A stretch of DNA of 62,772 nucleotides, the filler included, from Sphacelaria rigidula (lineage: Eukaryota): the NCBI GenBank assembly GCA_964200075.2. It is 8 parts of 8 records of this genome, joined end to end, with 100 filler letters (N's around TTAATTAATTAA, not from the genome) between each part and the next. Parts side by side here need not be neighbours in the genome. Positions count along the whole stretch, not along the records: positions 55,015 to 62,772 come from CAXNAA020013550.1; 7 more parts are not named here. One strand, 5' to 3'. Positions 62,609 through 62,772 of the stretch are shown one piece after another. The first letter of the stretch is position 1. Every line of letters begins with the position of its first letter. The position numbers and the translations under genes are program-made. A model generated the notes under the pieces. The model did no database searches, was not told the DNA's origin, and saw nothing but the letters and a program-made list of their open reading frames with translations.

Positions 62609-62772
62609 CGGACAATTCATCATCGGTGGACTTGTACACACAGATGTACACTCGTTAATTTATAGAGTGAGGAAACCGTCCCTTGATTCGTGCTAATCTG
62701 TGGAATTTGTAAGTATGAATGTGGATACAGTAGTATAAAAGGCAGCTCGGGCGAAAGAGTCATCCTACGATA

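Overview
Eukaryotic, intron-rich, repeat-rich DNA. It is most consistent with a photosynthetic stramenopile, probably a brown alga (inferred from spliceosomal gene structure and a bipartite plastid-targeting leader). The window is not one locus. It is eight sequences of 7760, 7760, 7760, 7759, 7759, 7758, 7758 and 7758 bp, ordered by decreasing length and joined by identical 100-bp N44-TTAATTAATTAA-N44 linkers, so neighbourhood across linkers means nothing and most genes are truncated. Recognisable genes: (1) a 9-exon partial radical SAM gene of the ArsS (arsenosugar biosynthesis)/DUF3641 family; (2) 5 exons of a Diaphanous-type formin (GBD/FH3 region); (3) exon 1 of an LSM14/Scd6-like gene, head-to-head with a gene starting with a mitochondrial-type presequence; (4) exon 1 of a plastid-targeted protein; (5) a large RING + PHD + IWS1/TFIIS-N-like protein with 60-aa tandem repeats; (6) an unknown exon carrying eight GxLxxAPWxR motifs. 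The rest is mostly transposon-derived: two decayed Ty1/copia elements, a decayed hAT-like transposase with matching MITEs, several fold-back MITEs, two tRNA-derived SINE-like families and a ~500-bp dispersed repeat. All protein family calls rest on motif recognition by eye; no searches were run.
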